A program made the position numbers and the translations under genes. The notes beneath the pieces were generated by a model. That model was not told the DNA's origin, did not search any database, and was given only the letters and a program-made list of their open reading frames with translations. From the NCBI GenBank assembly GCA_000934665.2, contig KZ538411.1, forward strand, positions 1-64,000: a stretch of 64,000 nucleotides of DNA, written 5' to 3'. The DNA comes from Catajapyx aquilonaris (taxonomy: Eukaryota). Of this stretch, positions 1 through 55,600 are shown one piece after another (within the stretch, counting starts at the first letter, position 1; each line of letters starts with the position of its first letter).

Positions 1-128
1 GGGGGGGTCACTATACTTTTCAAACAATAATTGCACATACACCCTTCTTCGAAGGAGGGGTTCAGTTGTTAGAATAATATATTGACGCGGAAAATTTAGC
101 ATTTAAGGATCTTGTTCGCTTTGATAAT

Positions 129-486
129 AATTTGTTTATTTAAAAAAAAATTACTTACCGAATTGGGAGACTCATCGCTCTTTTATAGGGGGGTGGAACA
201 CCATCATTTTCCATCACTATTTTCTGAATTTTCCTTCGAACACAGTGCAAGGGAGAACGGGACATGGGGAAGGGAATGGGGATTTTTGGGGAGGTGACAC
301 GGGTGCAAGTGCAATGTCTCAAACTGGGACATGTGCAGTCCCACAGGAGGTTAGGTGGCCAGACACCTCCAAGGCGCAGGTCAGGGACCCTTCTGACCCA
401 GGCGAAAGGGAACTCCCGGGCGGGGATCGAACCCTTTCGCACCAGCAAGCCGAGACGTTACCATCTCGGCCACCGGACCTCCCCAA
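129..486 (-). mobile_element. tRNA-derived SINE (type C here)
   Basis: On the - strand: A box TGGCCGAGATGG, B box GGTTCGATCC; body GGGACTGCAC...GACATTGCAC shared with 55407-55823. Ends approximate. Confidence 0.65.
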
Positions 487-2375
487 TTTGATAATCATAT
501 CAAGTTCTTGATAATATTCAGAATCCAGGTAAAAAAAAAAATAGCGAACCCCGTTGCCCCTCATGCATCGGCAGGTCTTTTGATGACGGTACCGGTATTT
601 TCTGGGGAGGGTGACATTGGTTGAAACTTGAAAGCCTTTAATACCTAATTATGTCGATGCACATTCGCTCGCCGACAACTCCCCGAAGAATATTCGCGTG
701 CCGTACGTACAAAGTGTTCACCCGCTATTACATAAGCTGCTATTTTTAACCAATAACCGATAACTGAAACTGTATGTATTCCTATTAATGGGATAATTAA
801 GTTCGATATTACTCTTCCTCTGTACGTACAGTACGTACGCAGAATGGGGAACTAGCCTTGGTCTGGGATTTGGGATTTTTGTTCATAACTAGCTAGCCCA
901 TGCCTGTAAACATACATTCCATCACTCTGTTGCATCAAAATGACATTACTGGATAAATTACGGCACATTTAAAAGTGCCTTCAAAATTGGCGGGAAAAAT
1001 GCCCCGGCCGGGTGGTGCCAATCGAAAGGGTACACTGAAATGCCTGGTTGACTGCGAGATATGAGGAATTTGACTTTGAATTAACCGCGGACACGACGGA
1101 AAGCATTCGCAAGGCGGCTGTAGGCCATCGAGGTGGAGAAAGGGGGCCTTCATGTGCCGAATTCGGGTGACAGATAATTCCGACCTGGTGGCATCACTGC
1201 CATGTACAAAGCGGCTTGAGCGACCTGGAATAAATACGCGCCCCGACCGCTATCTTGCTCACGGAATGGGACGGTTGCTAACAACAGCGAAGCATGTTAC
1301 GACAATGACGGGGCGCGTTCTATAACACCATTTTTGCGTTCATTTCACTTCGCGTGACGTCAACATTTTCTAGGGAAACAGTGACGTCACCATTTCCCTA
1401 CATAAAGACCCCAATTACTCCGGAACTGGAACTGATATCTTAAAACGGAATATGCCAAAAAAATCCAAAAAATATGGGCGAATTTATTATGTAGTTTCCA
1501 AAATGAAGGCTAGTTCCCCATTCCGCGCCCTTCTTGCCCCTGCAGGTTATACCTCACACGCGACAAGGGTGCGGTTGCATAACAGTCAGGATGAAGGACA
1601 TCTGGCGATTTCCCTTCAATTTGGTGCAGCCTCAGTACAGGTGACATGTACAGTAATCTGGGGCAGTTCACATGGGGCGGGCAACCTTTGTCGGTCACTT
1701 ACCGTATTATCAGGAAATTCACTAAATCCGCCGATCATGCACATCTGGGCCGCCACTTTTTTTTCTTTTTTTTACAAGTATGTACGCTGTACCTTTACTT
1801 CCGATTATCCGGGCTAATGACTGCACGGATGTCGCCGGATAATCGGAAATTGGTACTAGATACCGTAAAAGTGAGCTGTTCAGAGGTAATGAACTACTGT
1901 AGCCTACATACACTGTTTTCCCCCCAAGAGAGCACTGCTCTATCACGGGGTAAAGAAAATATAATAAATACAGTACAATAAATAAATACTGTAAACTGCT
2001 TTAAATAATGTTTAAACCATGATTTAAATAAATTTAAAGAAAATAATGAAACTTCCCATAGCTATATTTTTAGTTTGCCTTCTGGAAAATGTACGTTATA
2101 TTAATTAATTTCTTTGTTTGCAAGACATATTGGCATTTTTTGGACTTTCATTTATTTTATTTTGCCGGTTTTGGCGATGCACGGATAATTCTCACCCGGA
2201 TTATCGGGAATCCAGTCTATTAGCTTTCCGGGGAAGGCAACCATTTCGCGTGCATGCCACATTATTTTTTTGGAGTTAACGTCAGGCGTAAATCATGAGC
2301 TAAATGCATAATATTGTGATAGCTTGCATATTTGAAATGCGGTACCTTTTTACTCACTTTCTAGTCTTACCAGCA

Positions 2376-2546
2376 CAGTGGCGGATCTAGACGTCGTTGT
2401 TGGGGGGGGGGGGGTGATTTGTCGCCGCCCCCCAAACAAAATAAGCCCGCCGCAGGCGATTTTTTTTAAAAACTCTAAGCACATCGGATAAAAGCANGGG
2501 GGGGGGGTCACCCCGATCACCCCCCCCCCCCATAGATCCGCCACTG
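2376..2546. mobile_element. hAT-type MITE
   Basis: TIR CAGTGGCGGATCT; perfect 8-bp TSD TACCAGCA. Confidence 0.9.
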
Positions 2547-3949
2547 TACCAGCATATCTGCTTTGTGGCCCGTTTCAAAAATAAAAGGGTACTTCATGTA
2601 GACTACTGCTCTATCTAATTAGAATAGGCCTACCCAGGAAAGTGACGAAGGTGTTGTTTTTCCCTGACGTTTACAGTGCATGCTAATGGTTGTACTATTT
2701 TACTGTACAGCGTTTGTCATAAACTTTGTTGACATACGAACCGTATACCGTTATCAATATTAACTTACCCGATATCCGCCAATGACATCGAATTATTGGG
2801 AGTTCCTTGTTGGTGAGAGCAGATAGATGAGGAATTAGGGTCTGCTCACGGGTCTGCTTTAGAGGATTGAATAGATGTAAAAGTGATTTAAGGACGGTTG
2901 TGTTATAGATGTTGAATCCAGAACAAGTGATTGGTCCATGTTATTTACATATGATTAATTTCCTAGTGTACATTTACTACAGATCACATAAAACCGTCCC
3001 TCCGGGAGCATTCTGGTTGGGTCAGTCTGGTGATGCAATTTTCTGCTCACTTTTTAAGAAGGCGGAGGCCCGTTATGCAAAGTGATGCACTGCCCAGTGC
3101 CCACGCCTTCAGCCAGTTCAAGGGGGAGGTGATGAAGTTATGGATTGTTTACGTTTAGCAACCAGTTTGAAGAGAAGCACCATAATATTATGCTCGTTTA
3201 TAACCCGACCTGACTGCTTTCTAGGTTACCGTACCAAGAATGTTACCTTGAAAAGATGGCCATCTTCGGTTGCATGCAACATAGAGATTAAATATTATAA
3301 TGAGACCATAAATATTGACTCCAAATGTTACTTGCATACCGGATCATCATTAATACACACCAAATGAAACGACATGTTAAGTGACAAGGGAAAAGGAGCA
3401 ATCGTGTTCATTTTCCCTTATCATATCAGATATCACTGTGTTGCTGTTGGAAAGCGCAGTAGCCGCCATCTGTTGAGAGGGAAAGGAAATACGAGAGATG
3501 GATAAGACGAGGCAGGTGCAGCCAAGTTCGTCCTTGGTCCCTCGCCAGTGCCATTCCACTCCTGACCCACTGCAACCTTGCCCACTGGAATATGAAATAT
3601 TACACACAAAACGATGCGATGGTGCGAAAGAAGTGCCTTTTTTGGCCACAGAAACACTTCATGGGGCACATATTGCAGATCGCTATATATGTCGTCGGCA
3701 AATGGGAGAAATCCACTGTCCAATTTGCGCTAGGTATCAGTTATTTACACAACAGTTCTGCTCTATCGCTTGGTGAAGTCCATTTATACTCCTAACCATT
3801 CATAAGGAGCCAGCAAGCCAGGATTTTCTGTGTTCACCAGCATGTAAACAAGTGCAAGGTTATCTTTGCTTTGGTTTATCTCGAAACTGATTTTTTGATC
3901 TTGTGTATGTTTCTCTTTGATGTCCACGATATATGTTGAAAAGAACCGC

Positions 3950-4336
3950 GATACGTGGTGTCCACTAACAGCGCGAAGAGATGGCGTGGAGTGTTGAGGG
4001 TGCAACTGTGCAAGAGAGGAGCGAGTAGGCAGGCAGGCAGGCAATGCACGGTTGAGCTGGGACTGCTGGGTGGACCAATAGCGCTGCCATGTCCATATCG
4101 CCCCTTGGCCCTTGCTACTTCCCAGCCCTGCCCTCCAAACGGACCAGTGCTTCCTCTCACCCTCTATAGCGGTATGAGAATGAAGCTCTAGGGACAGTGC
4201 GAGCAGCCGAGTAGTAGTAGCACCGCTGGAGGGAGGGAGTATCCGAGGAGGGGGTTAGAGGTTGGCACGCTTGGCAGACAGGGAGTCGGTCGAGATACGG
4301 ACTTCTTCACTCTCTACATAGGATATTCAGGGCAGG
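3950..4336 (+). promoter_or_regulatory. Putative B56 promoter / 5'UTR
   Basis: CpG-richer, GC-rich stretch with CCAAT (about 4075) and an AGATGGCG YY1-like motif upstream of exon 1. Confidence 0.4.
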
Positions 4337-46953
<42,617 letters not shown>

Positions 46954-49116
46954 TTTGAACCCTGTGGATAGGGAGGGGGCATGATCAGGAAGCAAACTGC
47001 AACAACTCCAAGTTTAGGCTTGTAATTTATAACACATCTTTTGGAGAGTTTACACAAGGGGAGCTGCTTTTTTTGTATCCTTTTTTGCGATCATGAAAAT
47101 TGCACTGTGTGGGAAAGGCATTTTTGCACTGGTTTTGATTGAGGAGAGTGTGGACACTACCAATGGTGTCAGGTCAAAATATGGGGGAAAAATATAGTGT
47201 ATGCACACAAAGTGTGGATACATTGGTGTTGTTTTAGATGGGAAATTTTATGGTCCTGGTCACATGGCTCTGGCAGCAGGCTGGGGCTGAAATATGTAGT
47301 GTAATTTCAAATAGCCCTAGCTTTTAGGGAGAGCCCTGACACCCCCTGTTCAGCCACGGCTGTAGGTGGAGCCACTATAATCACTGCCCTGAGGCTCCCC
47401 TGTCCGGTCCCTCTACCCCACCCTCACTACTATCCCAGCTCCTCTTTAGGCCTCCGGCTGCTATTTTGTCGTGTCAAAGGCAGGGGGTTGGGTGCCCAAG
47501 CACCTAGATGGAGCTTCGACACCTGGCTAGGGCTGCGCAATTTCCCATCTAAAAGCAACATGAGCTGCTCAGGTGGGTTGGTGTTGTCCCTGTTACATCT
47601 TGAGGAGGTTGGATCCCAGGGTATGCCCTCCTTCCCCTCCCTGCTGCCCCTCGTCTCTCCTTTCTGTATTGCATGAGAGCATTGTGGGAGGAGCAAGGAA
47701 TAATGTAGACATAATGTGGTGGGAACAAATTAATGTGTATATTCAGTTGCGCATGGGTATATTTTGCAGAGCAGGGAGTTTGTGTAAATTGCAACTTATT
47801 TATTTGGTAACTTGAATGTTAAGTGCTGCTTGTCAATGGGAAATGACGATAAAGTGAGACGGACAGTGATGAGGAAGCTGCTTATTTTTATACCTGACCT
47901 GCATGGAGGAAAATACGTTTCAAGGTCACATTTCTGTTGTGCTTTTGTCAGGTCATGTACAGGTGATTTAACAGTTCTGGATACACAAAAACAAATAATA
48001 ACATGAAAAAAAGGAGTTGTAGGCCAACATTTCCCTTGTATTGTAGTTCTTCAGTAAGTTGTGCCAAAACCTCTGGAAGAAAAAGCTAACTTTACTCGAC
48101 GCACACTTTCACACATCTTGCCCCTTTTTGAAGCACTCCCACCTCTTTTCACCGGATTGAGACACACCCACATCTACACACTTACCTTTTCTGTGAGTGT
48201 TTATACATTCCATCCGATAGATTGCAGGAGTGAAAACAAAAATTATTTGTAGTGGCAACCAAGTGATGTAATCTTTTGTATCTGATTGGTATAGTTTTTT
48301 CAGTCCCAGTTGACATTGATTGTGGCATGCGAGAAAAAGGACAGGATTTTAAGAAATATTACACACAAACACATACACAAGGTACACACACCACACACAT
48401 ATGTACGTAAGATACACATGTATAGTGTTAGTGTTAGAAGACAATTATAGTGACCACCATGTTAAAGAGACCCAGAAGGCAGCACCTCGATTCGTTTTAA
48501 AAATGTATGTGGACCACTGGTACTCTCTTTCTTCATTGTGTCTGCTGGAGGAAGAGAAGGCAACAGGTGACACATTCCAACAAGGAAGTGGCTTGTTTTG
48601 TTGTAGTGGACATGGAGGTGGAACTGTTTAGCAAGCACTTTGGAGAGTGGATTTTGGGGGGGAGGGACACAGGTGAACGGTGACCCAGAATAGACTGTTG
48701 ATGAGAAACCATCTTTATATTATTTTTTCCTTTTATGGGGACAGTGAGGGGAAGTGTCTGCCAATGGTGTGTGTGTTTTGTCTCCTAAGGTTGTAGTTTT
48801 CTATTTTGTCATACTAGGTGCAATCGCTTTTAAGTTGTGCAAATGACCCAACACCTGCCCTTTCTTCACACATCCCGTTTGGCAAACTAAAATATGTCCT
48901 TACCCCACATATTGATGCAAGCTGCCAAAGATCCCCTCCTGACTTGACCTCATTCCCCAGTAAAACCCCGACCCAAAACTAGTATTCTGCTTCTCATCAA
49001 AAAGAGCACCCAAGTAGATCACTTCTTTTTTGCTTTGTAACTTGAGTGTGCCTGGTTGTCAAAAACCCCTGTAAAGATGAGACGGAAAAAAATGTGATGA
49101 TAATAATCATTATAAC

Positions 49117-49122
49117 AATAAA
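49117..49122 (+). terminator. Poly(A) signal of B56 (about 2.2-kb 3'UTR)
   Basis: AATAAA at 49117, plus ATTAAA at 49131. Confidence 0.55.
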
Positions 49123-49144
49123 TTCTGATAATTAAAAGACTAGC

Positions 49145-49150
49145 TTTATT
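49145..49150 (-). terminator. Poly(A) signal of IFT70
   Basis: TTTATT on the + strand, about 370 nt downstream of the IFT70 stop. Confidence 0.55.
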
Positions 49151-49241
49151 AAGTCAAACAGTGCACTCTGGACGGAGTAATACCCTGGTTCAAGTTTACC
49201 CATGTCATGATTGAATTGGATATGGTGCATTTACACAAGTA

Positions 49242-49403
49242 CAGTGTTGGACATTAATCGAGGCATACTGCCAGCGACATTTTCCGAAGCGGCAGAAGAA
49301 GGAATCTTGCTTGCCCGGCTTGCAGTATCCTTATCTTCGATTCCTTTTTCTGCCGCTTCGGAAAACGTTGCTAGCAATATTCCTCGATTAATGTCCAAGA
49401 CTG
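49242..49403. mobile_element. Hairpin Tc1/mariner-type MITE in the IFT70 3'UTR
   Basis: TA|CAGT...ACTG|TA, 162 bp; same family as 53751. Confidence 0.88.
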
Positions 49404-49518
49404 TACAGGACTGATGCAAAAATTGAATACACTGGTTCAATTTTACCCATGTGGGTCATGAGAAATACTGGATATGGTGCATAAACGCAAGTACAGGACA
49501 TATGCAAAAGTTGCTGGT

Positions 49519-49649
49519 TTAAGACTCGTGGAATTCCAGCAGAAGCTTCTGGAGATGTCGGGATTCATAAGTCACCGTGTTCTTCGCAAACCAATCCTCA
49601 TGCTCCTCCAGAGGGTGCTCAATCTGGGTTTTCACGCCACCCCCGTAAT
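49519..49649 (-). CDS. IFT70: IFT70 last exon
   Basis: tttctttgcag| then DYGGGVKTQIEHPLEEHEDWFAKNTVTYESRHLQKLLLEFHES*. Confidence 0.92.
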
Positions 49650-52600
49650 CTGCAAAGAAAATAATTACATTAATAATTCATACCCCGTTATCAGCCGGCG
49701 GCTCTTTAGGGGGGAATTTTTGTTTTGTCTGGAACTCTTTGCTTGCATTTTTACTTATTGCTCTTTGGGAGAGGATAGGAAAGGAAGGGGGCCGGCTGTG
49801 GCCTGTTTATTAGGAAACAACTCCGGAATTCTCCTGGAGAAACCGTGGGAAACCACAGAAAACCACTGTTAGAGTTGCCGGCACCGGGATTCGAACCCAG
49901 GACCTTCCGATTATCAGTCGGACGCCTTATCCACTATGCCAACCTGCTTCGGTGAAAATAATTACATTTGGCTGTACTCTCCTGCGAACTAACAAGGGAA
50001 GTGTAAGTGTTGTCCGTAGAGTTTCTGAATGAAACTTGGCACAATAATATATGCAGGTGAGTTATTAAAGAAAATGCAAACAATTTAGGCAAATGCCCAC
50101 AAAGTCAAAAGTTATGACCTCTCAAACTCACAAGGGACACTTTCCAAGGTCTCACCGATTTTCTTGAAATTCAGTACATTGGTAGCCCCCAAAAAGGGGT
50201 CACCGGGTCATTTTGAGCAGGTCACTTTAGGTGTGTTTTTCATCCATTGGGGTGGACTACCAATGTACCAAATTTCAAGAAAGTCGGTGAGACCTTGGAA
50301 AGTGTCCCTTGTGAGTTCGAGAGGTCATAACCAGGCGCTAGGGGTGTGCGACCAGTGCTACCGCACAGGGTGCAGATGCGTGTGGGGCGCGAAAGAAGCG
50401 TGGTGAGCCCTTTCCAAATAATACTGTATAAAAAGATGTCGTTAAATTTTTCTTCCTTAATGGCGCACACAAGGCCACAAGGGCGCCACTTACTCAGCGC
50501 TTTCCAATGGCTTCCAGCAGCAAAATTTATGAATGCAATTGACAATGCTCACCACATTCTTTCAGCATTTCTGCTTCAAAAACCTGTTGTCATAGCGCCC
50601 CCTTCCACAAAGGCGCCCCCTTCCAAAAAGTAAATAAAAAGCAGTCGGAGGCAGTGCCGGATTTATATGGGGCGCAGGGTGCGAGCGCCCTGGGCCCCCC
50701 TGCCAGGCGGGACCCCCAAAAAGTTTAACATTTTATTTTTCATTCAGAAACTCCACGGACAACATTTACACTTCCCTTGTAAGTATATGCCTGCATACTG
50801 CATACCAATGTATACTCCAGTTTGTTTTAAGTTTGGGCTGATGTCACCTTTGTTGCCAATATTATTGCAACTTAGTATTGACAATGAAGGTGATACTAGA
50901 TCAAATGTCTTAAAAAATGGATTATACACCTTGAATTCTTGTTCATATCCTTGATAGTGTACACCTGCATATCTGAGGGTATAATTCCTTGGGAAAGTGT
51001 TGAGAATGCTACCTGGTATTAAGGCCCATTTCCAAAGAAGCTTCAGCTTGAAAAAGTGAGCTTTGGCGCTCACCTTAGCCGCAGCTTCACAGCTAGCGCC
51101 CTCAGGCCGGTTCCCAAAGCAGCTTTGCCTTGCCAGCTTGTGAAAACCAAAATGGTGATCACAACGGAGCGGAGGAGATTGCTCTTCAGGCTGAAGGTCA
51201 CTCTTTTGAGGTTGCTAATCAGTCTCTCTCTCTCCTCGCTGCCTCCCCCTGCATTGGCAGGGCCCTCTGCCCGATAAGCTCCATCCGTGATCTTCGACTG
51301 GTCATATTCTTTTCTCCTCTCCTTCACCATGCCCCGACTTCCCCACTCCGTGCCTTCCTCCCACCCCCTGCAACCTCCCCACCAAGATGGTCCCACGTGA
51401 CCACAGGGAGCCACGCGGATTGGTCAGAAGGAAGCTCCAGCTCCATTGCTAGCTTGAAATATCGATGGGAGTTCAATGTTGAAGCAAGCTGCTTGAATAT
51501 CAACCCAGCACTAGAAACACGTGGCAGCTAGAGCTAAAGCGAGCGCCAGAGCGCACTTTTTCAAGCTGAAGCTCCTTTGGAAACGGGCCTTTAAGAGGAA
51601 ATTTGTCAGGCTAAATTGCTTTGGCCGTTTTTAAATATATAAATAGATGCACAATAATAAAAAATTACTCTTCCACCCAGTATATTATGCACTAATATTG
51701 GCATTACGTCTGCTTTAGTTTGTGATATAAATGCAACTTAAAAACTGGGCCTCATTTACCTTTGCTAGAAGAATTGGAATGTGTGGTTCTTATCATCGGG
51801 CAGTTTCAGAAAATTGCACATTTGCAACTCTTTCATCATTGTATCTCAAATGATTAAAATAATGAGGGAGAATCAAAAAGTAATTGAGTAATTTTTTAAT
51901 TCAGAGGTTTCACTAGAGAAACTGAAACTGAGATATACATATGCAAGTGCAAGTCTTTCTCTAATTTCAGACGTAGTCGCCATACAATTTGGTGCATTTG
52001 TCCCATCAGGACATGAGTTTTTCCATAGCCCTGCAGGAAAAACGTCAGACTGGGTGGGAAACCAGTGGGGGATGGCATCTTTCACTCCCTCGATGTCGCT
52101 GAAGTTCTAACCTGCCAGGTGCTTCTTCATTGGTCCAAAGAGATAGTAGACCATGGATAAAACCACCTCTTTGGACCAAAAAAGAAGCACCTGGCTGGTC
52201 AGAACTTCAGCATGGGTGGGAAGCCAGTGTGGGATGATCTCTTTCACTTCCTCGATGTCAATGAGTTCTTGAGAAGCTAGTGCTTCTTTTTTGGTCCAAA
52301 GAGGTGGTTTTACCCATGGTCTGCCATCTCTTTGGACCAATGAAGAAGCTCCTGGCAGTTCAGAACTTCAGCGACATCGAGGAAGTGAAAGAGGCCATCC
52401 CCCACTGGCTTCCCACTCAGTCTGACGCTTTTTTCTGCAGGGGTATGGAAAAACAAGTGTCCTGGTGGGACAAATGCACCAAATTGTATGGTGACTGTCT
52501 AAAATTAGAGAAAGACTTGCACTTTCATATGTATATCTCAATTAAGTTTCTCTAGTAAAACCTCTGAATTAAAAAATCCCTCAATAACTTTTTGATTCTC

Positions 52601-55600
52601 CCTCATATGTAGAGTACAATCTTAGCGTTTGCTATTTTGACATCATGCGCAGTTTGCATCAAAAATATTGGTCCTCAAAGCAAGTAGGGGTGGAATTTTC
52701 GTATCACTGCTAGTTACTGCTAACTTAGCAGTACCAGTGTAACACATTGGTACTGCTAAGTGAGCAGTAACTAGCAGTGAGACGAAAATTCCACCCTAAG
52801 TGTCACATTTGCCAGTCATCTAGGGTGAATATTCTTTCAACCAGTAAAGCCATTTCCTGATTACAGTCCCTTTTAAGTGTTGGATACTGGTGAAGTTACA
52901 TTGTATAATGTACAAGGTGTTCCAAGTACACATTAGTCCTTTTAGTTATGGGAAATTTCGCTTGAAGCTGTTATGTTTTGTGGCTTGTTGCCCCCTAATC
53001 CAGATCTGCCGTCAGTTGTAAGAAGACCGTAACTCAAAAACTAGTACGGGCGAAAGTCGCATGCATGCCGTGCACTAATCCACCCTGGCTCAGAGGGGAT
53101 TAGTGCAGGGCGTGCATGTGACTTTCGCCCTTACTAGTTTTTGAGTTACGGTCTTCTTACATCTGACGGCAGAGATGCTCTATTCTATGGCCACTGCTAC
53201 CAATGACGTAGAGAAAAAGGATTGCGCGAAATTTCGCAAACAAGTTTCAAATGAGGCTTTTCTGGGACACCAAGTTCATTGGGAGATTATATTCAACAAA
53301 TATTTAAAAAACTGGTTTAGATTTCGGATTCAGTGTGTCAAAATAGGTTCTACATTCAACTTCTGGTAGAGGCCACTCTGGTTTCCCGGGTTCACTCTAT
53401 CCTTGTACAGGCGGGTAACCGTATGATTTAGATTTTGAAATTAGTTTCCTGAAATAACTACCACAATAACTATCAAAAACCCTGAATTCTGCCAAGTACA
53501 AGCAACCACGCGTTAGGAACGTTATTTGATTTCTCTGGCCGCCATGACAGTAGAGGGAAAATCAAAGGGTTTTTCAGCTTCAGGTTGATGGGGCTAGCAG
53601 TGGTTGACGGCTACATTCAACCACCTGATAGTACTGAGGCACCTGGATCGGGGTGAAACAAGCTACACAAAAATAACTACTGTGGTTGATATTAGTGATA
53701 ACTAAAAACAACCCAAGAACCTGGAATACCCTGTATAAACATGAAGCGTACAGTTCTGGTCATAATATCAAGGCAACCGCCAGCGACATTTTCCGAAGCG
53801 GCAGAAAAAGGAATCGAAGATAAGCATACTTCAAGCATGGGCGAACATGATTCCTTCTTCTGCCACTTCGGAAAATGTCGCTGGCGGTTGCCTCGATATA
53901 TGACCAGAACTGTACTTAGCATATCATTAGCACTGCCAGTACATATTTCAGCACATTTTACCAAGCATTAACCCTCATGCATTTTCCTATGAAAATGCTG
54001 TAGAATATTGACACATTATTAGGTAGGTAGGTTATTAGGTACCTTCGCAGTGCTCCAGAAACAGCAAGCACTCTTGCAGCACAGCATCTCTGATGGTGAC
54101 TGTGTGCTTGCACAAATTCTCGATTAGCGACAGGAAGCACCTCTTTGCATAAAACCAGGTGTCGGTGCCTAGCTTCTTGCTGTAAGGCTCGAGGCTCTTG
54201 ATCACACGTGAGATCCCAAACTCGTAGTTGCCTTTGGAACAGTAAAGTGTCCTGTAAGAAAACCAAGTGACATGTGAGAAACCTGTATGCCAAAAGTGGC
54301 AGATTGCATTCCAGGGCAGACCGAATTTGCATCTTCATCCTTTTCAGACTGTCAATGCACAATATAGTGAACATTCTGCCTATTTTTGAAAGGTATTTGA
54401 AAGGCTCAATAGTGTGGGCCTCAATTACCTCAGTTATGGTTTTTGCTCATACCATTGCAGATGAACCAACACAGGAGCATCCACAAGCCCCAATGCACAT
54501 ATTGGTCCACCTGGGTGGTTAGATAAAGAGGGTAGCCACTTGCATTGAAGGTGTACACTGGTTTCCTGAAGTCCTTGGTTTTTGGAGGATTCTGCTCAAA
54601 CCAGCTGAAACCATACCAGCTTCAGATGGTTTCTGCAGGAAAGTGTACCCTGGATTCTCAAAGTAGCAACCATAGACCTCAGAGCGTGCCTCTAAGGTCT
54701 ATGGTAGCAACCCCCTTGGGCTAGATTACTGTAAATAAACAGGCGTGCAGGATAACTGTGTCATAGCTGACCTTGTGCACTGCATTAATTTCTACTCTCT
54801 AGGGGTTGTACGCAAAAGCAAGAATGCATCAGAATGTACAACATAATTCCTACACTGGTACTTTAATTCTCCTGTATGTCAAAAGAAGTCTTTGTTACCT
54901 ACGATGGTCACTTGAGGGCACACAAGGGAGTACGTTTCCTCACCCTCATACTTTTCATGCAAACCTAGTGTTCATGAAAGAGCAGATGGTGCTGAGTTCA
55001 TCAATGTGGATCATATACGCCTTAAATTGTCCATGGACACACCCATACAGGTTGTTTAGATTGTTAGATAGTTTAGATTAATATACATGAGGTCTTGGAG
55101 AATGCATGCATTTTCAGTATCTGCTGAATAAGCAGCTTAGGGAAGTTTACACTAGGCTAGAAAGCTGTAGGGCAAGTTGTCATGATAAGTTTTGCTCCAT
55201 GTAGTAAAGCAGAGTCAGCCATGACTACATGTAATCTGAGGCAGAAAATAATCAGGTCCTGCAATTTGCATCCTACTGCATCCCTTACCCATTTTTGTCC
55301 TGACAACCTGCTTGGTGACGGCATCTCACCATGTCAATGTCCCTTATTTAAAATGGAAGAATTGCTTCCAAAAATGGTCACTTCAATGGGAACATACTCT
55401 ACAGCTACCGAAGCAGAAGTGGTGTAGTGGATATGGTGTCCGACTGCTAATCGGGAGGTCCTGGGTTCGAATCCCGGAGGCCGGCGATCCTGACCTTGGT
55501 TTTCTGTGGTTTTCCAAGGTCGCCCCAGGAATAATTTCCGGGATCGTACCGTAAAATAGGCCACAGCCGCTTCCTTCCTTTCCCTTCCCTGGAGGAGGTG

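Noticed and set aside
155..494. Apparent TIRs TTACCGAATTGGG / CCCAATTTGATAA
   Set aside because: Weak match; the interior has Pol III boxes and a SINE body, so it is better explained as a SINE.
49895..49952. tRNA gene (anticodon GAT), and likewise 55408-55480 (GCT)
   Set aside because: No complete acceptor stem; each continues into a SINE body and tail and is bounded by a TSD, so these are SINE heads.
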